This document shows positions 19,996 through 30,271 of a DNA stretch of 64,000 nt, piece by piece (position 1 is the stretch's first letter; each line of letters opens with the position of its first letter). The notes beneath the pieces were generated by a model. The model ran no database searches and was not told the DNA's origin. It worked only from the letters and a program-made list of their open reading frames with translations. This DNA comes from Longimicrobiales bacterium. GTDB lineage: Bacteria > Gemmatimonadota > Gemmatimonadetes > Longimicrobiales > Gaopeijiaceae. A program made the translations under genes and the position numbers. The DNA is taken from NCBI GenBank assembly GCA_965203485.1, contig OZ241892.1, positions 960,001-1,024,000 of the forward strand, written 5' to 3'.

Positions 19996-21179
19996 CGCTC
20001 GTCGCGGGAGAGGATCGCGGCCCCGGCCGCTTCGGCCGCTACGGCGGCCGCTACGTGCCCGAAACACTTGTTCCAGCCCTGGACGAACTCTCGTCAGCGT
20101 GGGCCGAGGCCGCGGCCGATCCGCGCTTCGCCGCCGCCGTGGACCGGCTGGCGGCCGAGTACGTGGGCCGCCCGACGCCGCTCTACCGGGCGCGCCGCCT
20201 CGAGGCGGAGTGCGGCGCGCCGCCCGTCTATCTCAAGCGCGAGGACCTCAATCACACCGGAGCCCACAAGATCAACAACACGCTCGGCCAGGCCATGCTG
20301 GCGCACCGAATGGGCAAGCCCAGGATCATCGCCGAGACCGGCGCGGGGCAGCACGGCGTGGCGACGGCGACGGCGTGCGCGCTCTTCGACCTCGAGTGCG
20401 TCGTCTACATGGGCGTCGCGGACATCGAGCGCCAAGCGCTCAACGTGCGGCGCATGGGTCTCCTGGGGGCCGAGGTGCGACCGGTGGACTCGGGGGCGGG
20501 CACGCTCAAGGACGCAACCAACGAAGCCTTGCGCGACTGGGCGGCGAACGCGCGCAGTACGCACTACGTCGTGGGCTCCGTCGTGGGGCCGCACCCGTTT
20601 CCGGCGATCGTGCGCGACCTCCAGGCGGTGATCGGACGAGAGACCCGCCGCCAGTTCCTCGAAGCCGAGGGACGCCTGCCGGCGACGGTCGTGGCGTGCG
20701 TGGGCGGCGGATCGAACGCAATGGGCATCTTTCACGCCTTCCTGGACGACGGCGGCGTCGCGCTGATCGGCGTGGAGGCCGCGGGCGAGGGCTTGGGCAC
20801 CGGCCGCTCGTCCGCGTCGCTCGCCGAGGGCCGGCCGGGCGTGCTGCACGGCTCGCTCAGCTATCTGCTGCAGGACGACGGCGGCCAAGTGCTCCCTGCG
20901 CATTCGACGGCGGCCGGCCTCGACTATCCCGGCGTGGGCCCCGAGCACGCCCATCTCAAGGACGCGGGACGGGCCTGCTATGCGAGCGTGGACGACGCCG
21001 GGGCGGCGGCTGCGTTTCGGCTTCTGGCGCGCCTCGAAGGGATCATTCCGGCGCTCGAGTCGGCGCACGCGCTGGCGTACGTGCTGGACGCCGGCCGGCG
21101 CGGAGCGCTGGCGGGCCCGGTGGCGGTTTGCCTGAGCGGGCGCGGCGACAAGGACGCGGCGCGCGACGATGGCGAGTGA
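19992..21179 (+). CDS. trpB: Tryptophan synthase beta chain
   Basis: [62 protein letters not shown]. Confidence 0.97.
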   Translation: MTLVAGEDRGPGRFGRYGGRYVPETLVPALDELSSAWAEAAADPRFAAAVDRLAAEYVGRPTPLYRARRLEAECGAPPVYLKREDLNHTGAHKINNTLGQAMLAHRMGKPRIIAETGAGQHGVATATACALFDLECVVYMGVADIERQALNVRRMGLLGAEVRPVDSGAGTLKDATNEALRDWAANARSTHYVVGSVVGPHPFPAIVRDLQAVIGRETRRQFLEAEGRLPATVVACVGGGSNAMGIFHAFLDDGGVALIGVEAAGEGLGTGRSSASLAEGRPGVLHGSLSYLLQDDGGQVLPAHSTAAGLDYPGVGPEHAHLKDAGRACYASVDDAGAAAAFRLLARLEGIIPALESAHALAYVLDAGRRGALAGPVAVCLSGRGDKDAARDDGE

Positions 21180-22077
21180 GCCGTACGCGGCCCGCCCGCC
21201 CTGCGGCGCCGTCGGTTCGCCCGGCGGCCCGTCCGCCCCGCGCGGCAGGCGGACGCCCCGCCCGCCCCAAGCGCCCGGGGCCATCGGCCGTCGCTTCGCG
21301 GCGTTGGCGAAGGACGACCGGGCGGGCTTCGTCCCCTACGTGACGGCGGGCTTCCCCTCGCTCGCCCACACGGCGGAGCTGCTGGCCGGACTGGCCGGCG
21401 CCGGCGCGGACGTGATCGAGCTCGGCGTCCCGTTCAGCGACCCCGTGGCCGACGGCCCGACGATTCAGCGATCCTGCCAGCGGTCGCTCGAAGCCGGCAC
21501 GACGCTGGACGACGTACTGGAGGTCCTCGCGGGCTTCAGGCGCTCGAGCGACGTCCCCGTCGTCGTCTTCTCGTACCTGAACCCGCTGCGGGCCCGCGGG
21601 ATCGAGACGTTCCTCCGCGACGCCCGCGACGCGGGCGCCGACGGGCTGCTCGTCACCGACTTGCCGGTGGGCGCCGACCCTGCGCTGGAGGCCCGCCTCT
21701 CCGAGTCTCCGCTCGACTTGGTCCGGCTGGCGGCCCCCACGACCCCCCGCGGCCGACTCCGCGAGATCGCCCGCGCCACGCAAGGCTTCCTCTATTACGT
21801 CGCGCGTGCGGGCGTCACGGGCGCCCGCGCCGAGCTGCGCCGCGATCTGGCCGAAGACGTGGGCGTCGCGCGGGAGCTCTCGGCGCATCCCGTCGCGGTC
21901 GGGTTCGGCATTTCGTCGCCCGCCCACGCCGGGGCCGTCGCCGCCGCCGCCGAGGCGGCGGTCGTGGGCAGCGCGCTCTTGGACCGGCTGCAAGCCGGCG
22001 GCGTGGAGGCGGCCGTCAGCTTCGCCCACGAGCTGCGCCGCGCGCTGGACGCCGCGAGGCGGGCGCCGGGGCCTTGA
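21169..22077 (+). CDS. trpA: Tryptophan synthase alpha chain
   Basis: [37 protein letters not shown]. Confidence 0.96.
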   Translation: MASEPYAARPPCGAVGSPGGPSAPRGRRTPRPPQAPGAIGRRFAALAKDDRAGFVPYVTAGFPSLAHTAELLAGLAGAGADVIELGVPFSDPVADGPTIQRSCQRSLEAGTTLDDVLEVLAGFRRSSDVPVVVFSYLNPLRARGIETFLRDARDAGADGLLVTDLPVGADPALEARLSESPLDLVRLAAPTTPRGRLREIARATQGFLYYVARAGVTGARAELRRDLAEDVGVARELSAHPVAVGFGISSPAHAGAVAAAAEAAVVGSALLDRLQAGGVEAAVSFAHELRRALDAARRAPGP

Positions 22078-23722
22078 CGTTGGCGACGGCCAAGCGCTCG
22101 TCGAGGCCGGCGTCCGGTGCGGCGAACACCGTCTCCACGCGTTCTGGCGCGACGAGGCCGGGCGGGGCGCCGCGCGGCTTCCTTACCCACTTGCGGCGGG
22201 TCCAGTCGACGGGCACGTGGCTGGAACCGCGAGCACGGGAGTGGTTCGCGGCCAGCACGGCCGCCTGTTCCAGATCGGCGGCGGGCGGGCGTTCGGGGCG
22301 GTTCCAGCAAAGGACGACGTGGGCGCCGGCCGCGTGGCGGGCGTGCAGCCATATGTCGTTGGGGCGGGCATGGCGGAAGGTGAGCTGGTCGTTCTCTCTC
22401 GCGCCGCGCCCGACGCGGATCTCCAGCCCCCCGGAGCTGCGGTAGGTGCGGTAGGGCGGGGCCGCGGCGGGCGGGCCCGGGCGACGGCTCGCGCGCCCCG
22501 CGTCCGCAAGTTGGTCGGCCGGCATCTCGCCGTTCGCGTTGCGGCGCTGCATCTCCTCGGCCCGTTTCAGCGCGTGGCGGGTGGCGCGAAGATCGGCGGC
22601 CAGCCCCGGCAACGCGCGCTCCATCCGCGCCGCGCGTCGGAAGAGCGCGTTGGCGTGGTCCTGCGGCCGGGCGCCGGGAGGGAGGGGGATGGTTCGCGGC
22701 CGCCCGTCGAAGCCGGCCAGCGTCGCCGCGGTGGCATTCGGCGAAATCGCGCGAAGCGACGAGAGAATCAAGGTCGCGTCGTCGCGCATCGCCCCCGCTT
22801 CGGCGGCTTTCGCGATCTCGCCGCGGAGACGGTCGGCCTTGCGGCCCAACCGCCCGATCTCGGCCTCGAGCAGCTGGGCGGCGCGGACTCTCGGTCCGGC
22901 GTCCCCGGGTCCCGCTCGCGCGGCTTCTCGCATCCCGTCGAGCAAGCTGGGCGCCGGCGCCGCGGCCATGCCCGAGAGGGGCCAGGGGTACGGCTGCGGG
23001 CCGCCCGCGAGCTGAAGGACGTGCGGCGCGGACGACGAGCCTTCCGCCAGCGTGGCCCAACGAGCAAAGCCCTCGTCCGCCGTAGGCGCATCCGCGAGAT
23101 GACCGGCGTTGACGCTCGACGCGTAGGCCACGCGGGCCAGCAGTCGTCCGTGAGTCCTGCCGTTGTCCGCGTCGGCGCCGCGTCTCGGATCGTTGCGACG
23201 CAACCCGCCGCTGCTCGGCCCGTTCGCCCGCCTTCCCACCAGGCGCTTCCACTCCTCGGTATCGGGCTTGATCCGTCGTCCTCCTCCGCCGGGCGTCCAC
23301 CGCGCTCCGATCCGATGGGTCGCGGCTCGCGTTGCGACCAGCCGTTGTCGCACCACCAGCTCCGGCCCCTCCGCCAGGAGCACGTTCCAGCGGTTCGTCG
23401 CGAAGTCCGCGACCAGTGCCGGAGCCGGCCCGGCCCCGCGCAACCGCCTGAACCGGAGCACCAGCGCGCGCTCGTCGAAGGGAGCTTCGATTCCCGCCAG
23501 CACGGCGGCCGGCGAGTTCGTCCCGTCCGGCGGCTCCGTTGCTGGTTCGACCAGCACGAACCCGCGACCGGGCCTCATGTCGGCCACCAGGACGACCTCC
23601 CGGAAGCACACGGACGCCTGCCTCGTCTCGCGTCGCAGCGTCACGGCGCGCAGACGTTGTCCCGCCAAGCGTTGCGCGAGTTCGCCCGCGACCGCTCGCG
23701 CGAGGCACGCGTCCCAGATCAC
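22016..23722 (-). CDS. NFACT-family (RqcH/FbpA-like) protein with NFACT RNA-binding domain
   Basis: C-terminal IRVGRGARENDQLT..ARPNDIWLHARHAAGAHVVL...VDWTRRKWVRKP.G..PG.V; start estimated; overlaps trpA convergently. Confidence 0.85.
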   Translation of the reverse strand: MIWDACLARAVAGELAQRLAGQRLRAVTLRRETRQASVCFREVVLVADMRPGRGFVLVEPATEPPDGTNSPAAVLAGIEAPFDERALVLRFRRLRGAGPAPALVADFATNRWNVLLAEGPELVVRQRLVATRAATHRIGARWTPGGGGRRIKPDTEEWKRLVGRRANGPSSGGLRRNDPRRGADADNGRTHGRLLARVAYASSVNAGHLADAPTADEGFARWATLAEGSSSAPHVLQLAGGPQPYPWPLSGMAAAPAPSLLDGMREAARAGPGDAGPRVRAAQLLEAEIGRLGRKADRLRGEIAKAAEAGAMRDDATLILSSLRAISPNATAATLAGFDGRPRTIPLPPGARPQDHANALFRRAARMERALPGLAADLRATRHALKRAEEMQRRNANGEMPADQLADAGRASRRPGPPAAAPPYRTYRSSGGLEIRVGRGARENDQLTFRHARPNDIWLHARHAAGAHVVLCWNRPERPPAADLEQAAVLAANHSRARGSSHVPVDWTRRKWVRKPRGAPPGLVAPERVETVFAAPDAGLDERLAVANVKAPAPASRRPARGAARGRS

Positions 23723-24010
23723 TTCGGCGTCTCCCGTTCCGGTTCTCCGGCGGCGTCCGGCCGTGCCGGCCCCGGTCCGCCCATCTCCGGCTTCGGCCAC
23801 GCGCCCGACCCGCCGAAGTTAGCGTTGACGACGGGTGCGCGCGGCGGCGCACGCGGCGCCGTGCAGGCCGGTACGCGCGGCAGGTGGTGGGCGTCCGGCG
23901 CGCCCGGCGCCCCTGGACCGCGGCGCGGCCGACACTTTTCTCCAGCCGATGCGGTCGCCGACCCGCAGCTCGCGTCGGCTGGACGCCTACCCGCAATCCG
24001 CCTGGAAGCC

Positions 24011-24619
24011 GTGAACAAGCCCCCGCGCTCGAACAAGGCCGGCAGCTCCGGAGCGTTCCATCCGGTCGTCGCCGCGGCGGCCCGGGGACGTCTTCCCGCC
24101 TGGGCCGAGGCGAGCGCCGCGCGCCGGTTGCACATGGAGCGCGTCGCGAACCTCCTGGAGCGCTGGGCGGAAGACTTCGGCGTGGCCGGCCGCCGGCTCG
24201 AATGGCGGGCTGCGGGATTCCTCCACGACGCGTTGCGCGACGCCCCTCCTTCGGCGCTGGCGGCGCGCCTGCCCGGGCTTGCGCGCTTGCCCGGCCCCAC
24301 TCGGCACGGCCCGGCCGCGGCCCTGCTGCTCCGGCGCGACGGCGTGCGCGACGCCGAGCTGCTGCACGCGGTCCGCTGGCACACGCTGGGCTCGCGCAAG
24401 TTCGGCCTCTTGGGCAAGGCCCTCTACGCCGCGGACTTCGTCGAGCCGGGCCGGCCCGAGCGCCGGTGCTGGCGCGACGGCCTGCGGGAGCGCGCGCCGC
24501 GCCATGTCGACCAAGTGCTTGCGGAAATCGCCGCCAGCCGGATCGATTACCTTTTGCGCATGGAGCGGCCCGTGCATCCTCGAACCGTCAGGTTCTGGAA
24601 CTCCCTTGTCGCGACGTAG
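24011..24619 (+). CDS. HD-domain phosphohydrolase (YqeK-like)
   Basis: RLHMERVA, AGFLHDALR, HGPAAA, AVRWHTLG, LYAADFVEPGR; start estimated. Confidence 0.85.
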   Translation: MNKPPRSNKAGSSGAFHPVVAAAARGRLPAWAEASAARRLHMERVANLLERWAEDFGVAGRRLEWRAAGFLHDALRDAPPSALAARLPGLARLPGPTRHGPAAALLLRRDGVRDAELLHAVRWHTLGSRKFGLLGKALYAADFVEPGRPERRCWRDGLRERAPRHVDQVLAEIAASRIDYLLRMERPVHPRTVRFWNSLVAT

Positions 24620-25109
24620 GTCCGCGCGCCGGCCGGCCAAGAACGGATTGGCCAAGAACGGGCTGGCCATCGTCGTCGCGGCGGTCGCCGTCGCCCTGGT
24701 GGTTTCCGCAGTGGGACAGTGGATTCCCGACGACAGGAACGAGGACGTCGCGCGCTCGCCTGGGCGCGTGACCGTCGACGTCCGCAACGCCGGGGGCATC
24801 GAGGGCATGGCCCGCAGCGCCACAGACCGCCTTCGCAACGCCGGATTCGACGTCGTGCACGTCGGCAACGCCGCCGCGTTCGACCAAGACTCGTCCTTGG
24901 TGATCGACCGCGTGGGCGACTTGCGCACCGCTTCCGAGGTCGCCGAGGTGCTGGGCATTCGCCGCGTTGCCAGCGAGCCCAATCCGAAACTGTTCGTGGA
25001 CGTGACCGTACGGCTCGGAGCGGACTGGCGGGCCCCGCCGCCCGGCGCAGGGGAATCGGGGGACGGAGGCTTCCTCGGATGGTTGCGGGGCTTGGTGCGC
25101 GCCAGATGA
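24606..25109 (+). CDS. LytR C-terminal domain membrane protein
   Basis: One TM helix, then VDVRNAGGIEGMA...LRNAGFDVV.VGNA...DVTVRLGAD; start estimated. Confidence 0.8.
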   Translation: MSRRRSARRPAKNGLAKNGLAIVVAAVAVALVVSAVGQWIPDDRNEDVARSPGRVTVDVRNAGGIEGMARSATDRLRNAGFDVVHVGNAAAFDQDSSLVIDRVGDLRTASEVAEVLGIRRVASEPNPKLFVDVTVRLGADWRAPPPGAGESGDGGFLGWLRGLVRAR

Positions 25110-25167
25110 GGCCGCCGCATGGCCGCGGCGGCGTTGCGGCCGCCGGAGCTTGAGAGAGAGGGCGACG

Positions 25168-25932
25168 ATGGCGCGGAAGAGGCGCGGGCAGGCGGGCGGA
25201 CTGGGCCGTCGCCGGCCGCCGGCGGAAGACGGCCCCGGGCCGGCGAAGAAGGGGAACGGCGCGGGGCGCGGGCTCCTGCAGTTCTTGATCCTCGTCGTGA
25301 AGGTCTTGCTGCTCGTGATCGTCATTCGCACCTTCGGGATCGCGACGTTCGTCATCACGTCGGGCTCCATGGAGGAGACGTTGCTCGAAGGCGACTTCGT
25401 GGTCGTCAACCGCGCCGCCATCGGCCCGCGCATCCCGTTCACGAACTGGCGGCTTCCAGGGTACTCGGAGCCCCGTCGCGGCGACATCCTCGTGTTCGAT
25501 CCGCCTCACGACGACGTCACCGTGGTGAAGCGGCTCGTCGGGATGCCCGGCGACACGCTGGAGATGCGCGCTCGCGCGCTCTACGTGAACGGCCGGACCG
25601 CCGACGAGCCTTACGTCGTCCACGCGAACGAAGCCGATCAGCACTCGGAGGACATGCGCTGGCAACTCGACCACCTGGTCGGAGACCCTCGTCCCGGATA
25701 CCGGCCCACGCGCGACAACTGGGGGCCGATCGCCGTGCCCGAGGGCCGCTACTTCATGCTCGGCGACAACCGCGACACGAGCCTGGACTCGCGCTACTGG
25801 GGCTTCTTGGAACGCTGGCGCCTGGAGGGACGCGCGCTGGCGATCTACTATTCGTACGACCGCCGGTCGTACAGGTCCTTCCCCTGGATCAGAGAGATCC
25901 GCGCGAGCCGCATCGGGACGCTGGTTCGCTGA
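25168..25932 (+). CDS. lepB: Signal peptidase I
   Basis: ITSGSMEETLLEGD (Ser), VVKRLVGMPGD (Lys), YFMLGDNRDTSLDSRYWG. Confidence 0.95.
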   Translation: MARKRRGQAGGLGRRRPPAEDGPGPAKKGNGAGRGLLQFLILVVKVLLLVIVIRTFGIATFVITSGSMEETLLEGDFVVVNRAAIGPRIPFTNWRLPGYSEPRRGDILVFDPPHDDVTVVKRLVGMPGDTLEMRARALYVNGRTADEPYVVHANEADQHSEDMRWQLDHLVGDPRPGYRPTRDNWGPIAVPEGRYFMLGDNRDTSLDSRYWGFLERWRLEGRALAIYYSYDRRSYRSFPWIREIRASRIGTLVR

Positions 25933-27112
25933 CCGCCCGCCCCCCGGGCGCGCCGGCCGCATCCGGTCCCTGCGCCGTTCCCGGCCCTCCCTTGCGACCA
26001 CGGGCCGCGGCCCGCAGCTGGCCGCACGCGGCGTCGATGTCGCGGCCCCGAGGCTGGCGCACGGCGGCTGCCACTCCGCGGGCCCGCAACGCGTCGCGAA
26101 ATGCCCTCGTTCGCGCGGGCCGGCTCGGGCGCCAGTCCACGTATGGGATCGGATTGAAGGGGATGAGGTTGACGAATGCGTCGGCCCGCAGCGCCAGCTT
26201 CGCGAGCTCCTCCGCCAGCCCGGTCTCGTCGTTCACGCCCCGGATCATCGTGTACTCGAACGTGATTCGGCGCCCGCCCTTGCGGTTGAAGACGTCCAGC
26301 GCCTCCATCAAGTCGTCCAGCGGCCACCGCTTCTCGATCGGCACGAGTTCCGCCCGCAGGCTGGACACGGGCGCGTGCAGGGACACCGCCAAGCGGAACT
26401 GCTCTTCGCGCTGGGCGAGCGCCAGAATTCCCGGCACCACGCCAACGGTCGAGACGGTGATTCGCCGCGCCCCGATCCCGTAGCCGGCGTTCAGGATCGC
26501 AAGCGCCGGGAACACGGCGGCCCGGTTGGCCATGGGTTCGCCCATTCCCATGAACACCACGTTGGTGACGCTCCCGAGCCCCGACGCGCGCGCCCAGCGC
26601 GCCGCCGCTCTGTACTGTCCCGCGATCTCGCCCGCCGAGAGATGGCGCCCGAACCCCGACCAGCCCGTCGCGCAGAACTTGCACGCCAGGGCGCAGCCCG
26701 CCTGCGACGAGACGCACAGCGTGAGCCTGCGCCCGTCCGGAATCAGCACGCTCTCCACCACGTCGCCGCACGTGAGCCTCCAGAGGTGCTTGGCCGTGCC
26801 GTCCGCCGACTTGGCCGTTCTGTCCCGCGCCGGCTCGTCGAGCCGAAACGCTTCGGCGAGCGCGTCCCTTTCGCGAGCGGGCAGGTTCGTCATGCCGCCC
26901 ACGTCCGTTGCGGCGCACCCGAACACCCATTCGGCCACTTGGCGGGCACGGTAGGCGGGCTGGCCCCGGGCTCGGAAGTGCCGCGCGAGCGCTTCGTGGA
27001 GCCGCGAGGGCGGCAGGCCCAGCAGGTTCGGGCGGGCGCTCGCCGCGTTCGTCGGGCGTCCCTCTTCGGCGCCGGCCGCGCGGCAGCGATTTGCTTGGTA
27101 GCCGGATTCCAC
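25889..27112 (-). CDS. rlmN: 23S rRNA (adenine-C2)-methyltransferase RlmN (radical SAM)
   Basis: CVSSQAGCALACKFCATG, FMGMGEP, SLHAP, NLIPFNP, GRDIDAACGQL; start estimated. Confidence 0.95.
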   Translation of the reverse strand: MESGYQANRCRAAGAEEGRPTNAASARPNLLGLPPSRLHEALARHFRARGQPAYRARQVAEWVFGCAATDVGGMTNLPARERDALAEAFRLDEPARDRTAKSADGTAKHLWRLTCGDVVESVLIPDGRRLTLCVSSQAGCALACKFCATGWSGFGRHLSAGEIAGQYRAAARWARASGLGSVTNVVFMGMGEPMANRAAVFPALAILNAGYGIGARRITVSTVGVVPGILALAQREEQFRLAVSLHAPVSSLRAELVPIEKRWPLDDLMEALDVFNRKGGRRITFEYTMIRGVNDETGLAEELAKLALRADAFVNLIPFNPIPYVDWRPSRPARTRAFRDALRARGVAAAVRQPRGRDIDAACGQLRAAARGRKGGPGTAQGPDAAGAPGGRAVSEPASRCGSRGSL

Positions 27113-27281
27113 GAGCGGCGCAGGTCCTCGGTTCGGGGGGAATGCCGGTTGAACGGCGCGCCAACGGTACCTTAAGCTTATCGCCTTGTCGCGGGCGCTC
27201 GGCCCGCGCCTGGCGCGGCGGACGCCGCCGCATCGAATCGTCTTGGACGTCCGCGGAGATCCGCCGGGGAGCTTGCCGCAC

Positions 27282-29081
27282 TTGAATTCGGTCGCGAAGA
27301 GCCGCACGGGCATGCGCTCATGCGCGGTGGGACTGGTTCGCGCCGGCCAGGCCGGCACCCGCTTGGAGCTGGCCGGATGGGTGCATCGCCGCCGCGACTT
27401 GGGGGGCATCGTCTTCCTGGACGTCCGGGACCGCTCGGGCCTGCTTCAGGCCTCGGTCGGGCCGGACTGGTCGTCGCCGTCCGCCGTGGAGGCGGCGGGC
27501 GGGCTCCGCGCCGAGGACGTCGTTTGGATGCGGGGCGAGGTCGCCGCCCGCCCCGAGGCCGCGCGCAACCCCGAGATGGCCACCGGCGACGTCGAGCTGC
27601 GCGTGGTCGACCTCCGCCTGCTCAACCGGGCGCGCACGCCGGCAATTCCCGTGCGCCGCGCGCCGGGCGAGGAGCTCCCCTCCGAGGATCTGCGCCTGCG
27701 CCACCGCGTGCTCGACCTGCGCCGCCCCGGACTCCAGGAAGGCCTCGCCCTTCGGCACCACCTCCTGCTTGCGGCGCGCAACTACTTCGACTCGCAGGGC
27801 TTCCTGGAGATCGAGACGCCGATGCTGACGCGCCCCACGCCCGAGGGCGCGCGCGACTTTCTCGTGCCGAGCCGCGTCCACCCGGGCGAGTGCTTCGCGT
27901 TGCCGCAGAGTCCGCAGCTCTACAAGCAGCTGCTCATGGCCGCCGGCTTCGACCGCTACGTGCAGGTGGCCCGCTGCTTTCGCGACGAGGACCTGCGCGC
28001 CGACCGCCAGCCCGAGTTCACGCAGATCGACGTGGAGGCGTCCTTCGTGGAGCCCGCCGACATCTACCGCTGGTGCGAGGAGCTCATGTCGGCCTTGGCG
28101 CCCCTGGCGGGCATCGACGCGCCCGCCCCGTTCGCGCGCATCTCCCACGGCGACGCCATGGAGCGCTACGGAACCGACCGGCCGGACCTGCGCTGGGACT
28201 TGCGGATTCGCGACGCGACGGCGGCGCTCGGCGGGCTCGAGGCGCGCATCCTGCGCGCGGCGGTGGAGCAGGGCGGGAGGATTCGCGCGCTGGCGGTGGA
28301 CGGGGGCGCGGCCTTGTCGCGCAAGCAGATCGAGGCCGTGGAGGCCGAGGCGAAGGCGGCGGGCGCGCCCGGGCTGCTCTGGGCGAAGCGGGGCGACGGC
28401 GGGGCGACGGGCCCGCTGGCCCGCTTCTTCGAGGACGGGACGAGCGAGCGACTGGGCCTGGCGGCGGGCGGCTTGGCGCTGGTGGCCGCGGGCCCCGACG
28501 CCACGACGTCTCCGGCGCTGGCGGCGGCCCGAGCGGCCGTTGCCGCCGCGCTCTCCCTTCCGCGGCGCACCGACCACGCCTGGGCCTGGATCGTCGGGTT
28601 CCCGGTGTTCGAGCAGGCTTCCGCAGGCGGGCGCGCGCTTGCGGCCGGACACCACCCCTTCGTGCGGCCGCTGGACGAGGACCTCGGCCTGCTCGATTCG
28701 GATCCCCTGTCCGTGCGCGGCCTGGCCTACGACCTCGTCTACAACGGAACGGAGCTGGGCTCGGGCAGCATCAGGAACCACGACGCGGGCCTGCAGGTCC
28801 GCATCTTGGAGCTGCTGGGTCTGGAGCCCGCCGAGGTCGAGGCCAAGTTCGGCTTTCTGCTGGAGGCGTTGCGGTCCGGCGCTCCTCCGCACGGCGGAAT
28901 TGCGCTTGGGGCGGACCGGATGGCGGCGTGCTTCTCGGGCGCGGCCAGCCTGCGCGACGTGATCGCCTTCCCCAAGACGACGGCCGCGAGGGCGCTTCTC
29001 GAGTCGGCTCCCGCGCCCGTGGACGGGGGCGACTTGACGGAGCTGGGGTTGCGTCCTGCGGAGGACGGCGGGGCCGCATGA
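27282..29081 (+). CDS. aspS: Aspartate--tRNA ligase
   Basis: GWVHRRRDLGG, PTPEGARDFLVP, LPQSPQLYKQLLM, CFRDEDLRADRQPEFTQ, PPHGGIALG, VIAFPKT; start estimated. Confidence 0.96.
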   Translation: MNSVAKSRTGMRSCAVGLVRAGQAGTRLELAGWVHRRRDLGGIVFLDVRDRSGLLQASVGPDWSSPSAVEAAGGLRAEDVVWMRGEVAARPEAARNPEMATGDVELRVVDLRLLNRARTPAIPVRRAPGEELPSEDLRLRHRVLDLRRPGLQEGLALRHHLLLAARNYFDSQGFLEIETPMLTRPTPEGARDFLVPSRVHPGECFALPQSPQLYKQLLMAAGFDRYVQVARCFRDEDLRADRQPEFTQIDVEASFVEPADIYRWCEELMSALAPLAGIDAPAPFARISHGDAMERYGTDRPDLRWDLRIRDATAALGGLEARILRAAVEQGGRIRALAVDGGAALSRKQIEAVEAEAKAAGAPGLLWAKRGDGGATGPLARFFEDGTSERLGLAAGGLALVAAGPDATTSPALAAARAAVAAALSLPRRTDHAWAWIVGFPVFEQASAGGRALAAGHHPFVRPLDEDLGLLDSDPLSVRGLAYDLVYNGTELGSGSIRNHDAGLQVRILELLGLEPAEVEAKFGFLLEALRSGAPPHGGIALGADRMAACFSGAASLRDVIAFPKTTAARALLESAPAPVDGGDLTELGLRPAEDGGAA

Positions 29082-29154
29082 CGCTTGGCCGGCGAAGCGG
29101 CGCGTCCGGCACCGCCGCCGCCCGGAGCCGGCAGGCGGCGCCCGGTCGTCCCGC

Positions 29155-30156
29155 ATGACCGCCAAGGACCTGGTCGAGCACCGCATCGGCGCGGAGGGCG
29201 CCGACCAGCTGCTCCTCGCGGGCGTGGCCGACGCCAACTTGCGCGAGCTGGCGTCCGTCTTCGGCGTCAGGGTCGTCCTGCGCCAGGACGGCGTCGTGCT
29301 GGCGGGACAGCCGGGACCGGTGGCCCGCGCGGCGCGGGTGGCCGCCCACATGATCGAGCTCGCTCGTCTCGGCAAGCCGTTCGCGACCGCCGACGTGGCC
29401 CGGTTCGCGACTGCGCTGGCCGCCGAGCCGGGACCGGCGGCCCGGGCCGACGAGGACAGGTTGCGGATCGCGGTGCCCGGCTCGGGGCGCGTCGTCGCGC
29501 CGCGCTCCGACGGCCAGCGCGCCTACCTTCGCGCGATGGACGCGTCGGACGTGGTCGTCGGCATCGGCCCGGCCGGCACGGGCAAGACCTACCTGGCCGT
29601 CGCCCGGGCCGTCAGCGACCTGTTCCGCAAGCGCGTGCGCCGCATAGTCCTCGCGCGCCCGGCGGTCGAGGCCGGCGAGAATCTCGGCTTCCTGCCCGGC
29701 GACCTGCAAGAGAAGGTCGATCCCTATCTGCGCCCGCTCTACGACGCCCTCGAGGACATGATGTCGCCCGCGAGGATTCGGCGCGGAATATCGGACCGCG
29801 TCATCGAGGTCGCCCCGCTCGCGTACATGCGCGGCAGGACGCTGTCGGGCGCTTTCGTCATCCTGGACGAAGCGCAGAACGCGACCGCGGCTCAGATGAA
29901 GATGTTCCTGACCCGCCTGGGTCCCGATTCGCGCGTCGTCGTGACCGGCGACAAGACGCAGATCGATCTCCCCTCCACCCAGCTCTCCGGACTCCTCCAG
30001 ATAGAGAAGATCCTCGGTGGCGTGAAGGGCATCGAGTTCGTCTATCTCGACGCGGGCGACGTGGCCCGGCACCACTTGGTGAGCAGAATCGTCAAGGCGT
30101 ACGACGCCATGGACCGGACCGGAGCCGCCCCGGCGAACGAGCCCGCGGACGCATGA
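29155..30156 (+). CDS. phoH: PhoH-family ATPase (YbeZ-like)
   Basis: GPAGTGKTYLA, RPAVEAGENLGFLPG, PLAYMRGRTL, ILDEAQN, TGDKTQIDL. Confidence 0.95.
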   Translation: MTAKDLVEHRIGAEGADQLLLAGVADANLRELASVFGVRVVLRQDGVVLAGQPGPVARAARVAAHMIELARLGKPFATADVARFATALAAEPGPAARADEDRLRIAVPGSGRVVAPRSDGQRAYLRAMDASDVVVGIGPAGTGKTYLAVARAVSDLFRKRVRRIVLARPAVEAGENLGFLPGDLQEKVDPYLRPLYDALEDMMSPARIRRGISDRVIEVAPLAYMRGRTLSGAFVILDEAQNATAAQMKMFLTRLGPDSRVVVTGDKTQIDLPSTQLSGLLQIEKILGGVKGIEFVYLDAGDVARHHLVSRIVKAYDAMDRTGAAPANEPADA

Positions 30157-30271
30157 CGGGCGCGGAGGCGAGGAACGCCTGGACCGCCCCCCCGGCGGGA
30201 CCGCGCCGGGGCCACGGGCTCGGATTCGCTCGTGACCGGGACTCGCGGCGGCGGGACGTGCCCGGCCGGCC